64,000 nt of DNA from contig JAJPCT020000017.1 of the NCBI GenBank assembly GCA_021323375.2, positions 32,001-96,000 on the forward strand. Direction: 5' to 3'. The stretch comes from Candidatus Wolframiiraptor gerlachensis. GTDB lineage: Archaea; Thermoproteota; Nitrososphaeria_A; Caldarchaeales; Wolframiiraptoraceae. Of this stretch, positions 38,820 through 48,250 are shown piece after piece. Every line of letters starts with the position of its first letter. The first letter of the stretch is position 1. The notes beneath the pieces were generated by a model. It saw only the letters and a list, made by a program, of their open reading frames with translations. It had not been told where the DNA came from and ran no database searches. Made by a program: the position numbers and the translations under genes.

Positions 38820-39640
38820 AGGTATTCGAGGAGGCTGCTCCCCCTCTCCCTTGCCGGGAAGGCGGGTTCATATGGGACGCCCTCCCTCTCACAGAGCTTC
38901 CCAACAATCTCCACGACCCTCATTCTCCAGCCATGCTCCATGCTCATGGCCTCTGGATACCTCTCCTTAACAGGGCTCATGGAGGCCGCCAAACCCCTTT
39001 TCATCCTGAAAAAGTCATAGTATAGCCTTGATCCGGTCTCAGCTGCTAGGGCCACTATTCCCTCTATGGCCTCCGGCGAGTCATTCACGCCCCTCATTAT
39101 CGGGCCTAGGAAGATCCATGTATTGACACCCTCCATGGATAATCTTTTCAGGGCCTCGGCCCTCGCCGCTGGCTCGGGAGCCCTCGGCTCTATCAGCCTA
39201 GCCACCGTAGGATTCAATGTGGTTATCGTTATCCCGACATCAACCCTATCCCTATGCCTGGAGAGGATATCGAGATCCCTGAGCACGAGTGGAGACTTCG
39301 TCTGAATGCTGACCTCGAAGCCCGAGCCTAGGAGAATCTCAAGCCCCCTCCTAGTCAACCGCTCCTCCGCCTCGATTGGCTGATAGGGATCTGTTATCGT
39401 CGAGACACCGACAACACCTCTACGCACCCTCCGAACCTCCTCCATTAAAATCTGCATAGCATTCTCCTTCACGTATATGATCTCACCCCATGCCTCAGCC
39501 ACCTCCCCATATCGCGTATAAGCCCTCCCATAGCAATAGCGGCATCCATGATAACAGCCAGCATATGGATTATATGCGTAATCGAGATCATAGAGACCCG
39601 TCTTAGACAAGACATTCGAGACCTTGATCCTCTTATACAC
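38816..39640 (-). CDS. SPL-like (Rv2578c/SplB family) radical SAM protein
   Basis: NPYAGCYHGCRYCY, TDPYQPIE, TKSPLVLRD. Confidence 0.88.
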   Translation of the reverse strand: MYKRIKVSNVLSKTGLYDLDYAYNPYAGCYHGCRYCYGRAYTRYGEVAEAWGEIIYVKENAMQILMEEVRRVRRGVVGVSTITDPYQPIEAEERLTRRGLEILLGSGFEVSIQTKSPLVLRDLDILSRHRDRVDVGITITTLNPTVARLIEPRAPEPAARAEALKRLSMEGVNTWIFLGPIMRGVNDSPEAIEGIVALAAETGSRLYYDFFRMKRGLAASMSPVKERYPEAMSMEHGWRMRVVEIVGKLCEREGVPYEPAFPARERGSSLLEYL

Positions 39641-39645
39641 GGCGC

Positions 39646-40866
39646 TCAGGGCGGCTGCACCTCTAGCCTCGTCTGACTTAACAAGCTCCTCAAAAGCCTA
39701 GAAGTATTAAGCCATGTTGAGAGGGGCAGCTTCGTAGACCTCGATATCCTCTCCAAGACATCCTCAAACCGATCATACTTCTCGGGCCTCGACTCGAACA
39801 TCCTCCTAAGATTCTCCCTGACAAACCATACTCCTATTGGGAGGAAGAAGCCCTCATAGATCTCCCTGATCAGGATGGCCATCCCCTGCCTCCTAATCCT
39901 CAGCATGAACTCTGCGGTCGCGAGCCTCGCAGCATAGTAGCATCCACCAAGCGATGCATATGTCGTCCTACCCTTATAATCCTCCCAATCACCTTCAACC
40001 TCCACCTCAGCCCCAGGATTCCATGTAGTATATGGGAACCAGGCCTCAATCCACTCATAGCTCCAAGCATAGGGCGCGATCACGGCGATAAATGTGTTCC
40101 TCGAGACCCTTCTCTCAAAGAAGAGATACGAGTCTATGATCGGGAGCCTCTTTACATCCTTGATGAGCCTCTTAGAGATTATCGAGTCCACTGCGGTTAT
40201 AGACCATCTTGTCGGAACAATCTTCCTAAGCCCCTCGACGCCAAGGCCGCCGACAGAGAATATCCTCTGTATCCGGGATACCGGGATACCGCTCGAATAG
40301 AGCTGGAGAACAGCCTCTGAGGCCTTCAAATCGCCATCAGAAAGAACCCTATCAACAGGCTTCTCGATCCTCGGCTCATCAACTATCCTAAACTTCTCAA
40401 CTATACCAGCCGGCCCAAGAGGCGGCGCATTAAGATCTAGCTTAACCCCGGGCCTCGGGGGCTTTGAGAACCTCAACTCCAAGTCGATGGATCTAGCCGA
40501 GGCGGCAACAAGTCTCAGATCATCTATTAGCACGGGCTTCCTCACATCAACAGTCATGCATCCCCTCACGAGGCTAAGCCTCATCCTGAGAATCTCATCC
40601 AGGCTCAGGTCAAGCCAGTTCTCGGGAGCATCATAGACCTGTGCATCACCTTCACCAACAGAGACTGATGGCGCAATCCTAACCTTGGGATAGCCCGACC
40701 AGCCCACGAAGACCGATGGAGGAGAAGGGGCCTCCAACAGACTACTACTAGGAACCCTAATCTCCTCCACCACACGCCAGACAGAGAAGAGGGGGCATGG
40801 GCTCTCACCACATAACCCCCTAGCCCCCCTACAAAGCAGACAAGGCTTCACAAGACTACCCGACAT
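39646..40866 (-). CDS. nreA: Nre family archaeal DNA repair protein
   Basis: CLLCRG..GLCG..PCP, SPPSVFVG..GYPKV, VPTRWSITAVD, GGCYYAARL, PIGVWFVRE. Confidence 0.88.
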   Translation of the reverse strand: MSGSLVKPCLLCRGARGLCGESPCPLFSVWRVVEEIRVPSSSLLEAPSPPSVFVGWSGYPKVRIAPSVSVGEGDAQVYDAPENWLDLSLDEILRMRLSLVRGCMTVDVRKPVLIDDLRLVAASARSIDLELRFSKPPRPGVKLDLNAPPLGPAGIVEKFRIVDEPRIEKPVDRVLSDGDLKASEAVLQLYSSGIPVSRIQRIFSVGGLGVEGLRKIVPTRWSITAVDSIISKRLIKDVKRLPIIDSYLFFERRVSRNTFIAVIAPYAWSYEWIEAWFPYTTWNPGAEVEVEGDWEDYKGRTTYASLGGCYYAARLATAEFMLRIRRQGMAILIREIYEGFFLPIGVWFVRENLRRMFESRPEKYDRFEDVLERISRSTKLPLSTWLNTSRLLRSLLSQTRLEVQPP

Positions 40867-40953
40867 CCATCAGCATAAACTAGCCAGAAGCCCCTCTTAA
40901 ATAATATCCCCCGCCACGTCACCTATATTATCTAAGTCAGCAGACTATTATAC

Positions 40954-41015
40954 GCGGATGATGAAGGTTTCTAGCCCGACCGAGATGGAATGAAGAGACG
41001 TCAGGACGCTGACGC
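40954..41015 (+). ncRNA. C/D box sRNA candidate 2
   Basis: C ATGATGA 40958-64, D' CCGA, C' ATGAAGA 40990-96, 12-nt guide GACGTCAGGACG, D CTGA 41009-12, GCG/CGC stem. Confidence 0.78.
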
Positions 41016-41034
41016 ATCTCTCACAAAAATTATC

Positions 41035-41104
41035 TGGCTCAGGGGTGGGACTATCGATCATCCATGATTCAGTGGGCGCAGCCATAGGGCCCTCATCATC
41101 GCCA
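41035..41104 (-). ncRNA. C/D box sRNA candidate 3
   Basis: Minus strand TGGC-G-ATGATGA-GGGCCCTATGGCTGCGCCCA-CTGA-ATCATGG-ATGATCG-ATAGTCCCACCC-CTGA-GCCA. Confidence 0.78.
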
Positions 41105-41154
41105 AACAAACATACAATCATCCCGAATATTAGTCTAGCTCCATGAATTGGGAT

Positions 41155-41210
41155 ATGTCAGACTATCGGGCTCTCATCACAAGATCAGGGACTGCGGCCA
41201 TCATCATCCA
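41155..41210 (-). ncRNA. C/D box sRNA candidate 4 (canonical)
   Basis: Minus strand ATGATGA-TGGCCGCAGTCC-CTGA-TCTT-GTGATGA-GAGCCCGATAGT-CTGA: four perfect boxes and two 12-nt guides. Confidence 0.9.
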
Positions 41211-41337
41211 AAACAATCCATGTAACATCCCAGTGAAAGATATTTCGCTCAATAAACTCGATACAGCCAATTTTATTGCATCATCAGATCACTTAAAAGA
41301 AAATGTTATATTTCTCACATTCATTTGTCATAATGCT

Positions 41338-41856
41338 ATGGCGAGAAGAAGGATTGTAGGTAGGGGTAGGGTTGCTGACATGCTTCAGACAGCTATTCGT
41401 AGAGAGGCTGGTAGAGCCGCCAGCCTACTCGAGCGCGACGTCGAGGACCTTTATGCGATAATCGGCTCACAGCTAGCAGCCATACAGGTGGCTACAAAGC
41501 TGGTGCGAGCCAGGATACCTCCAAGAGTCAATAAGCGCGAGTTCATACTCCAGCGTATGCCAGTAATAACCGAGCTGCCAAGGGATGAGGGCAGGAAATT
41601 CGTGGAGAGCTGCTGGAGCAAGATAGTCGATCGAGCATGTAGATGGTGGGATGAGAATAGGGAGAAGTTCAGCGGCAAGGATGCCAAGACAATAATAAGG
41701 AGCCTGGCGCCCGAGATAGCACTAGCAATACCGGCGAAACTTAGAGCAGGATCAATAGCCGCATTAACAGCAGCACTCCTAGTGAAAGAGGGTCTAGACA
41801 AAGTCTGCGAAAAAGCAACAACACAAGAGTCCACTAAAGGAGCGTCTACTAGTTGA
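41338..41856 (+). CDS. Hypothetical helical protein
   Basis: Protein-like from ATG 41338 (MARRRIVG); the upstream extension in the ORF track overlaps sRNA 4 and an AT-rich promoter. Confidence 0.55.
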   Translation: MARRRIVGRGRVADMLQTAIRREAGRAASLLERDVEDLYAIIGSQLAAIQVATKLVRARIPPRVNKREFILQRMPVITELPRDEGRKFVESCWSKIVDRACRWWDENREKFSGKDAKTIIRSLAPEIALAIPAKLRAGSIAALTAALLVKEGLDKVCEKATTQESTKGASTS

Positions 41857-42114
41857 GAGATCATCTCATCCCTAAATCCTCACAATTTTTTCCCAAATTC
41901 ATTTTCAAGTTTTCAAGTTTCAAGCAAATCTATTTTCATGAATCATCGCCATAGTTTGCTGAAAATATCCTAATGACCGCCATGACCAACAACATTAAGG
42001 CAAATGTACCAGCTGAGACAGCTTCTCTCGGAATTCTCTGATCCGGCCCTTCCTTAAAAGCTGGTTATCAAAAGTATATTAAAAGCCACGAATAAAATAA
42101 CTTTTGGGGCGTAA

Positions 42115-42189
42115 AGCGGGGTAGGGCAGCCAGGTTAGCCCGCCGGGCTCATAACCCGGAGGTCGGAGGTTCAAATCCTCCCCCCGCTA
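42115..42189 (+). tRNA. Initiator tRNA-Met(CAT)
   Basis: AGCGGGG/CCCCGCT (A1-U72), anticodon arm CCGGG-CTCATAA-CCCGG with three G-C pairs, T-arm GGAGG-TTCAAAT-CCTCC. Confidence 0.96.
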
Positions 42190-42251
42190 CACATTCAATG
42201 TATCGTGGAAATAATCGCTATCTCTCTGGAGACTTGCTTATTCTCATCCCG

Positions 42252-42425
42252 CTATTTCTTGGGCTGTGTCTTGAATTGTGTGTAGTGGCAGTTTCCGCAG
42301 TAGTATCTGTCTCCATGATCCGCCATTATGTATCCTCTCCCGCATCTTGGGCAGAACATTATGTTCGCCACTAGTTTTCCTCCTTCGACCTTGTATTTCT
42401 TCCAGAGCTGCGCCTGTTTACCCAG
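42252..42425 (-). CDS. rps27ae: 30S ribosomal protein S27ae (missed by the ORF track; apparent CTG start)
   Basis: (L)GKQAQLWKKYKVEGGKLVANIMFCPRCGRGYIMADHGDRYYCGNCHYTQFK, directly after rps24e. Confidence 0.92.
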   Translation of the reverse strand: MGKQAQLWKKYKVEGGKLVANIMFCPRCGRGYIMADHGDRYYCGNCHYTQFKTQPKK

Positions 42426-42717
42426 CTTGCTTCACCTCCACGAGTAAGCCATGCTTCTTAAGAATCTGTTTTCTCTCATACATTTTCGCGTATTCTACTG
42501 AGTCATATATATGGATGTGCGCCCTCGCCTTTCTCGTCCCGAAGAGCGACTCCATCTTCTCGATTATCACGCGCTCCTTCTCCACGTTGTATCTCTTCGC
42601 GATCTCCTCTCTAACCTCATCTCGCTTGGGCGTCCCAGACTCATAGATTATGATCGCCTCTATCTCTCTTCGGCCTAGGAGTGGGTTCTTTCTATCCTTG
42701 ATTATCTCGAGGTTCAT
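42418..42717 (-). CDS. rps24e: 30S ribosomal protein S24e
   Basis: NPLLGRREI, GTPKRDEV, FG...A..HIY. Confidence 0.95.
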   Translation of the reverse strand: MNLEIIKDRKNPLLGRREIEAIIIYESGTPKRDEVREEIAKRYNVEKERVIIEKMESLFGTRKARAHIHIYDSVEYAKMYERKQILKKHGLLVEVKQAG

Positions 42718-43136
42718 GCGGCCTTCGCCTCCTGGACAGGCACGAGGATCGCGTTTATCTGGGCTATAGCCTCGCTTATCACGTTGCCCCTAACTGTCCG
42801 CCTTCTCCTCAGGCCCTTCTTCTTCCTTCTCTGCCTCCGCTTCTTCTTTTTCGATGGCGGCTTCTCATATCCCCTGAAGCCTATACCCGCCGTGATTAGT
42901 ATCCTAACCTTCCTAGCCCCGCTGACATCAGGCCTCATGGGGAAGCCATCCTTATCTGTTCCACCCGTTATCCTGATCCTATACCCCTTATAACCTAGAA
43001 CTGAGCCGTCAATCTCATCCCCAATCTTCTTCCCTATGAAGAGCCTGAATATGTTCGGGTCTAGGGTTATGGTCTTGGCAGTGCCATCCGCCGGATTTGA
43101 GAGGACGAGCTTCGGCGCAGCGGCTTTCTCCGACAT
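42714..43136 (-). CDS. rps6e: 30S ribosomal protein S6e
   Basis: GKKIGDEIDG, ITGGTDKDGFPMR, RRTVRGN. Confidence 0.96.
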   Translation of the reverse strand: MSEKAAAPKLVLSNPADGTAKTITLDPNIFRLFIGKKIGDEIDGSVLGYKGYRIRITGGTDKDGFPMRPDVSGARKVRILITAGIGFRGYEKPPSKKKKRRQRRKKKGLRRRRTVRGNVISEAIAQINAILVPVQEAKAA

Positions 43137-43172
43137 CCTTTAAGAGGGCTTCAAGGGCGTCCTATTAACTCT

Positions 43173-44948
43173 TCATCTAGCCCAGAGGGGATCTATCTTC
43201 CTCATTATCCCGACTATCTCCTCTAGGGTCTTCTTCGAGCCATCATCCAGCATGTCATAGTATTCTTTTAGGAGGAGCCTTGCATCGTTCTCGGGCACGG
43301 CCACGTAGAGTATTTCGCCCTCCCGGATATGCCTGCCGACAACCGGCTCCCTCATGGATATCGCGACCCTCATTCCAGCCCTAGCCTCTGGTATGCTCTG
43401 CCCTTTATCCTGTATCTGGGCTATTGTCCCGACAACCTTCCCCTTATCATTCATCATGGGGTATCTTGGCTTTATCAGCCCAGCCTGCACCTCGACACCA
43501 ACTATCGCCGGCTCACTCCTCCTAAAGACATAGCCCTCGAGGATCTTTATCTTGCCCGGCTTTATCAGGCTCTCAAAGGCCCTCAACCTCCTCTTCGTCG
43601 TCTCCTCCTCAACCCAGCTCAGATAATTCTCGATGAGCCTGAAGAGTATCTTCTCCTTAAATATCCTAATCCCCTTATTATTCGCCTCAATCTCTAAGTC
43701 ATGATCAACCTTTACGTTGAATGCGAGGATGACTCCCTTGAGCTCATCCTTCATTCTTACGACCTCGGCCTCCACGATATCCCTCTTCGAGACATCGCCT
43801 ATGCCAGCCCTCCTAACAGGTATGCCCCTATTCTTGAGGGCAAGGATAGCGGCCTCAAGTGTCCCCAGCGTATCCGCCTTGATAACAACGCCGATCTTGT
43901 CCGTGCTGAGGATGATCTCGCCGACCTCCATCCTGATCTTCTCGAGGATCTCCTGCTCCCTCGCCGGCGAGTCAACAACATAGATGGGTGATCCAGCTAT
44001 AGCCTCCTCCAAGCCCTCGGCGACGATCTTCACGCCGGCTGCGGCCTTAACTTCATCAACTCGGTTAAACCTGTCCCTTGGATCTCTCATCTCATCAAGG
44101 GGCTTGGGGACGAGGAGGGCTCTAACCCTTGTCGTGAAGGGGCCGTTCACGCCCATGAGAGCTATCACATCACCAACCCTGAGGACGCCATCGCTGATTA
44201 TCGCGTTTATCGTTGTCCCGAGGCCCTCCTCCTCTAAGACCTCTAGGACAGCTCCCTCAGCCGGCCCATCGCCAACTGTGAGCTGCTTCTTCATGAATGC
44301 CTGTGCGAGCCCGAGAAGGACTAGGAGTAGGTCTGGGATACCCTCACCCGTCTTCCCGCTTACAGGGATTATCGCGAGAGTTCTCGTGAAGTCCGTTATC
44401 TTGTAGTAGAGGTCGGAGTTGAAGCCGTGGATGGATAGCTGGCCCATGAGCGAGTATACCCTGTTCTGGAGCTCCTCCCTCACATATGCGGGTTGAGCAT
44501 CGAGGGCCTTGAGGAGGGGCATGGTTCCCTGCGGCTTCCAGCCCGGTATCAAGTCTATCTTCGTTGCGGCGACGACGAATGGGGTCTTCCTAGCCCTTAG
44601 AAGCTCTATGCTCTCCCGAGTCTGCTCCTGGACACCCTCGTTTATGTCTATGACTAGGATTGCGAGATCCGCGAGTGATCCACCTCTTCTCCTAAGATTT
44701 GCGAAGGCGGCGTGGCCCGGCGTATCTATGAAGAGTAGGCCCGGTATCTCGAGCCTCTTGACCTTGACCTCGCCCAACAATACTTTGCAGGTCTCGATGA
44801 TTGCGTCAAGCGGGAACATGCTCGCCCCGATATGCTGTGTTATCCCGCCAGCCTCCCTAGCCGCGACAAGAGTCCCCCTCATCTTATCAAGGAGAGTAGT
44901 CTTGCCGTGATCGACATGGCCAAGCACCGCGACTATTGGCGCCCTCAA
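43173..44948 (-). CDS. infB: Translation initiation factor aIF5B (IF2)
   Basis: GHVDHGKTTLLD, EAGGITQHIGA, FIDTPGH, KADTLGTLEA. Confidence 0.97.
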   Translation of the reverse strand: MRAPIVAVLGHVDHGKTTLLDKMRGTLVAAREAGGITQHIGASMFPLDAIIETCKVLLGEVKVKRLEIPGLLFIDTPGHAAFANLRRRGGSLADLAILVIDINEGVQEQTRESIELLRARKTPFVVAATKIDLIPGWKPQGTMPLLKALDAQPAYVREELQNRVYSLMGQLSIHGFNSDLYYKITDFTRTLAIIPVSGKTGEGIPDLLLVLLGLAQAFMKKQLTVGDGPAEGAVLEVLEEEGLGTTINAIISDGVLRVGDVIALMGVNGPFTTRVRALLVPKPLDEMRDPRDRFNRVDEVKAAAGVKIVAEGLEEAIAGSPIYVVDSPAREQEILEKIRMEVGEIILSTDKIGVVIKADTLGTLEAAILALKNRGIPVRRAGIGDVSKRDIVEAEVVRMKDELKGVILAFNVKVDHDLEIEANNKGIRIFKEKILFRLIENYLSWVEEETTKRRLRAFESLIKPGKIKILEGYVFRRSEPAIVGVEVQAGLIKPRYPMMNDKGKVVGTIAQIQDKGQSIPEARAGMRVAISMREPVVGRHIREGEILYVAVPENDARLLLKEYYDMLDDGSKKTLEEIVGIMRKIDPLWAR

Positions 44949-45014
44949 CCTCGCCGTGGGCCCTCACCATTCTCTAGCCCATCAACTCGGCCTAAAAACC
45001 GTATCCCTCGAGGT

Positions 45015-45836
45015 CTAGGGGAGGTAGAGGGCTGGGGAGCCTCCATAATGCGGGTCAGAGCCAAGCTCCTTCAACGTCTCATCGAATGCCTCCTGTATTG
45101 GGAGCTTCTCGGAGTATAGTTTTCTGAGGAGCTTTATCGTGAAGGCGTCAGTGTAGTCTGGCGAGATCTCTCCCCTGAATCCTATATACGCTCCTGCGCC
45201 GCGCTCGAAGAAGGCTGAGGCCATGACATTATCATTGCCCGTGAAGCAGGACGCCGCGATTATCAAAGTCCTCTTGAATGTCCCATGAAGCTTCTCCGAG
45301 ATATAATGTGGCGGGGCGACGCAATAAGTCTCATTTGAGAGGAATGGTCTTCCGAGGAGAAGATAACCCGACTCAACCTCATCCCTATGAGATTCTGGGC
45401 CGCATTTCTCGATGAAGAGTCCGCCTCCAATAAATAATCCTATCGGCTGCCTTATCCTCCCACCATGAACCCTGAAAACCACGAGGCTGTAACCCTCTAA
45501 TGGAAGATCCTTTAAGAGGCTTAGCGATATATTCTCGGGGCCATAGACACCAACCTCGAAGCCCACCTCCCTCAAAACCTCAACAGCGGACTCTATGAAG
45601 GTCTGATTCGGGTAATCAGCGGCTAGCCCATCCAAGATTGCAGCCCTCATCTGGGAAGGCTCCTCGGGGCTGTGTCCCAAGTAGATCGCGGCAGGCACGA
45701 TCATCGTGGCTACCACGAGTATCAGGAGTATCCAAGGCCACCTCTGCATACGCCGCCTAGAAAAATAGATCCCCCTCCTTTTACCATGCGTCCTCAACCC
45801 AGCGTGAGGCGGGTTATGGATCTTTTTCGAGGACAA
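45015..45836 (-). CDS. Membrane-anchored protein with caspase-hemoglobinase (CHAT/gingipain-like) His-Cys pattern
   Basis: N-terminal TM; VVFRVHGG, LIIAASCFTG, MASAFFERGAGAYIGF. Confidence 0.55.
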   Translation of the reverse strand: MSSKKIHNPPHAGLRTHGKRRGIYFSRRRMQRWPWILLILVVATMIVPAAIYLGHSPEEPSQMRAAILDGLAADYPNQTFIESAVEVLREVGFEVGVYGPENISLSLLKDLPLEGYSLVVFRVHGGRIRQPIGLFIGGGLFIEKCGPESHRDEVESGYLLLGRPFLSNETYCVAPPHYISEKLHGTFKRTLIIAASCFTGNDNVMASAFFERGAGAYIGFRGEISPDYTDAFTIKLLRKLYSEKLPIQEAFDETLKELGSDPHYGGSPALYLP

Positions 45837-45949
45837 GGTTCCGTGTATATATGCATATTAGGGGCGAGATAAAGGCATATAACACAGCTTATTAGGGTAA
45901 TATTGAAAAGGAAATGTAGGCGAGGGTAAGCTGTCTCTCGCCTAAGAAG

Positions 45950-47137
45950 GTGCTGATCGCGTTTTTATCCCTGGCGCTGATAATGAGCGTCTTTTCGCAT
46001 AATGTCTGTGACGGCAGCCCCCAGCCAAGATATATTGAGGCCCAGATAACTATCACTACTACCGGTGGGATCAATAGATTCTTCTCAGTTTCACTCGGGG
46101 ATACGCTTGTTCAGGTAGTTGATCCACTTTACACGGTCTCCTCATCAACTACTGCGATGTTTACCACTAGGGAAAGCTTCACGGGTAGCGTTTCCGGGGA
46201 CCTATCCGTAACAATAAATAACGGGGCATTCAACACCATATGGGTTGACGTTACAGCAACCTCGATGAGGGGTTTAACGATAGGTCATGCCGATTATTCA
46301 GACTTAATCGGCGACTTACAGCTAATAATTGTGCTGGATGTGGATGCTCAGCTTAGCGCCAGAAACATAGTAGGAGCATCATTAAAGGGATATGCTTTCA
46401 GTAAAAGCTCACGCGGCGGCTACACGGGTAAGTTATTAATCCTTAAGCTTGAAGGCTCATTAACAAGCCCGAACGAGTGGCAGTTTAACGGGAAAGGATG
46501 GATATTCGATGAAGCTGAATGTCAGCCGGGAACCTTTAGTGTTTCTGGATCAAGAGTGGGTGCCCCAGGTGAACTAAGAACGGTACCTCTTATGTCTGGT
46601 GGTGATGTGGTTATGCAGTTCACCACGAGTGATATAACGCTCGCCGCCAACGCTTCTGCACAATTTACTACCAGGCAGCACTTGACCGGCACTTCTACCG
46701 GAGCATTAGTCGGTAGCTTTGACCTAGATTCAAATGCATTTATAATCACCTCGGGAACACATGTGGGCAAAGGATACAGCGTTGCAAGATTCGCATTCAC
46801 CAACCCGGATGGAACGGTGGATGGCTTCCTCATACTAGATAACATCTACTACGGCGTTCATAACGGATATATCGTCGGGGTCTCCGGAACAGGAGCATTC
46901 GTCAACAAGATCTTCCTAGGCACGTTTAATGGCGCATTCACCAACCCACCAAACTATTATGACTACGAGGGGTCGGGCTCCGTCAGAGTATGCTCGATAC
47001 CACCCCCAGTAGGCGGCATTATACTAGACGCCAAGACCACCTCAACCGTTATGCTAGCACCACTATGGGCTTATGCCTCACTAATCGCAATAATCATTGC
47101 CACAACGATGATCATACTAAGGAGGAGGCTGAAATAA
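45950..47137 (+). CDS. Secreted beta-rich cell-surface protein with internal duplication and C-terminal PVGG-TM-basic tail
   Basis: Signal peptide; repeated FTTR..(F/L)TG...G.L motif; PPPVGGII...TM...RRRLK. Confidence 0.65.
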   Translation: MLIAFLSLALIMSVFSHNVCDGSPQPRYIEAQITITTTGGINRFFSVSLGDTLVQVVDPLYTVSSSTTAMFTTRESFTGSVSGDLSVTINNGAFNTIWVDVTATSMRGLTIGHADYSDLIGDLQLIIVLDVDAQLSARNIVGASLKGYAFSKSSRGGYTGKLLILKLEGSLTSPNEWQFNGKGWIFDEAECQPGTFSVSGSRVGAPGELRTVPLMSGGDVVMQFTTSDITLAANASAQFTTRQHLTGTSTGALVGSFDLDSNAFIITSGTHVGKGYSVARFAFTNPDGTVDGFLILDNIYYGVHNGYIVGVSGTGAFVNKIFLGTFNGAFTNPPNYYDYEGSGSVRVCSIPPPVGGIILDAKTTSTVMLAPLWAYASLIAIIIATTMIILRRRLK

Positions 47138-47151
47138 CATCACAACCTCTC

Positions 47152-48147
47152 TCATTTTTCTCCAACACTCCACCGCACTTTACCTTCTTTTATTGGGGGT
47201 TTCCAGAATGGTTCTCTCGCCTCGACAGCTCTTAGGAATAGCCTCTTCAGCTCCTCGTCTGACGCGCCCGACCTCATTGCTGTGAGGAACTCGACCTCAT
47301 TATCGCTTCTCATCAGGCATGGCTTGAACCTCCCATCATGAGTTATCCTAAGCCTTGTATCATTCATGCAGAAGAGATGGTTTCCAGAAGGCCTGACAAA
47401 CTCGATCCACACGCCATTAGGCATCTGATACCTGCTCCTATAATGGAGGCTTCTCGTGATCCCCGCCACCGCCATCCGCGCAACCCTCTCCTCGAGGCCG
47501 GAGAGCGGGAGATAATGATGCTCCAGCCCCTTGCCCGCGGCGAGACCGCATCCCACAAGTTCTATCAGCTGAACAACTATCTCACTGGATGATGAAAGCT
47601 CCTCGGCGAGCCTGATGAGATCATCGAGCTCATCATCATTTATACCGCGGAGTATGACGACGTTGAGCTTGACGGGGTTAAGACCCGCCTCTACCGCAGC
47701 CCTAACAGCCTCAAGCACCTGAGAATGCCTCCTAGCAGCCTCCACGAGATCCAGCCCGGTTATCATGGCATACCGATCCGGCCTAGTAGAATGCAGGCTT
47801 ATGTTAACCCTCTTCAACCCATGCATCCTGAGATCCCGTGCCATCTCAGCAAACCTGAAGCCATTCGTCGTCATCGAGAGATCCCTCAATCCGAGACCAT
47901 TAAGCCTCGAGACTATCTCGAGTATGTCGGACCTCATCATCGGCTCCCCGCCCGTGAGCTTAACGGAGTCCACGCCAAGCTCCATTGCCACCCTGACGAT
48001 GCGCTCAATCTCCTCAGGAGTCATCAGCTCACCAGATTTATCCTCGAGACCCTCACCATGACAGAAGAAGCATCTTAGATCACAGGCTGACGTGACCGAG
48101 ATCCTGAGACCCCTCACTGGCCTACTATAGCGATCCATCAGGGTCAA
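47152..48147 (-). CDS. moaA: GTP 3',8-cyclase (molybdopterin biosynthesis)
   Basis: DRYSRP...LRISVT..CDLRCFFCH.EG, LTGGEP, C-terminal FC...TRLRIT.DG..KPCL. Confidence 0.93.
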   Translation of the reverse strand: MTLMDRYSRPVRGLRISVTSACDLRCFFCHGEGLEDKSGELMTPEEIERIVRVAMELGVDSVKLTGGEPMMRSDILEIVSRLNGLGLRDLSMTTNGFRFAEMARDLRMHGLKRVNISLHSTRPDRYAMITGLDLVEAARRHSQVLEAVRAAVEAGLNPVKLNVVILRGINDDELDDLIRLAEELSSSSEIVVQLIELVGCGLAAGKGLEHHYLPLSGLEERVARMAVAGITRSLHYRSRYQMPNGVWIEFVRPSGNHLFCMNDTRLRITHDGRFKPCLMRSDNEVEFLTAMRSGASDEELKRLFLRAVEAREPFWKPPIKEGKVRWSVGEK

Positions 48148-48250
48148 CGGTATGACGGCTCAAGATTCATCCACGGCCCTTTTAAGCATAATTCTACAAC
48201 ATATCAGGGGGTAACGCTTAAAAGGGATCAAGAGTACTGGAGCCTCCACC

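Noticed and set aside
40997-41005. sRNA2 D guide GACGTCAGG is complementary to the 3' end of sRNA1 (37481-89)
   Set aside because: Only 9 nt and includes the CTGA box; an rRNA target containing CUGACGU is the simpler explanation.
41143-41337. N-terminal 65 codons of ORF 41143..41856
   Set aside because: Overlaps C/D sRNA 4 on the opposite strand and an AT-rich promoter; true start more likely 41338.
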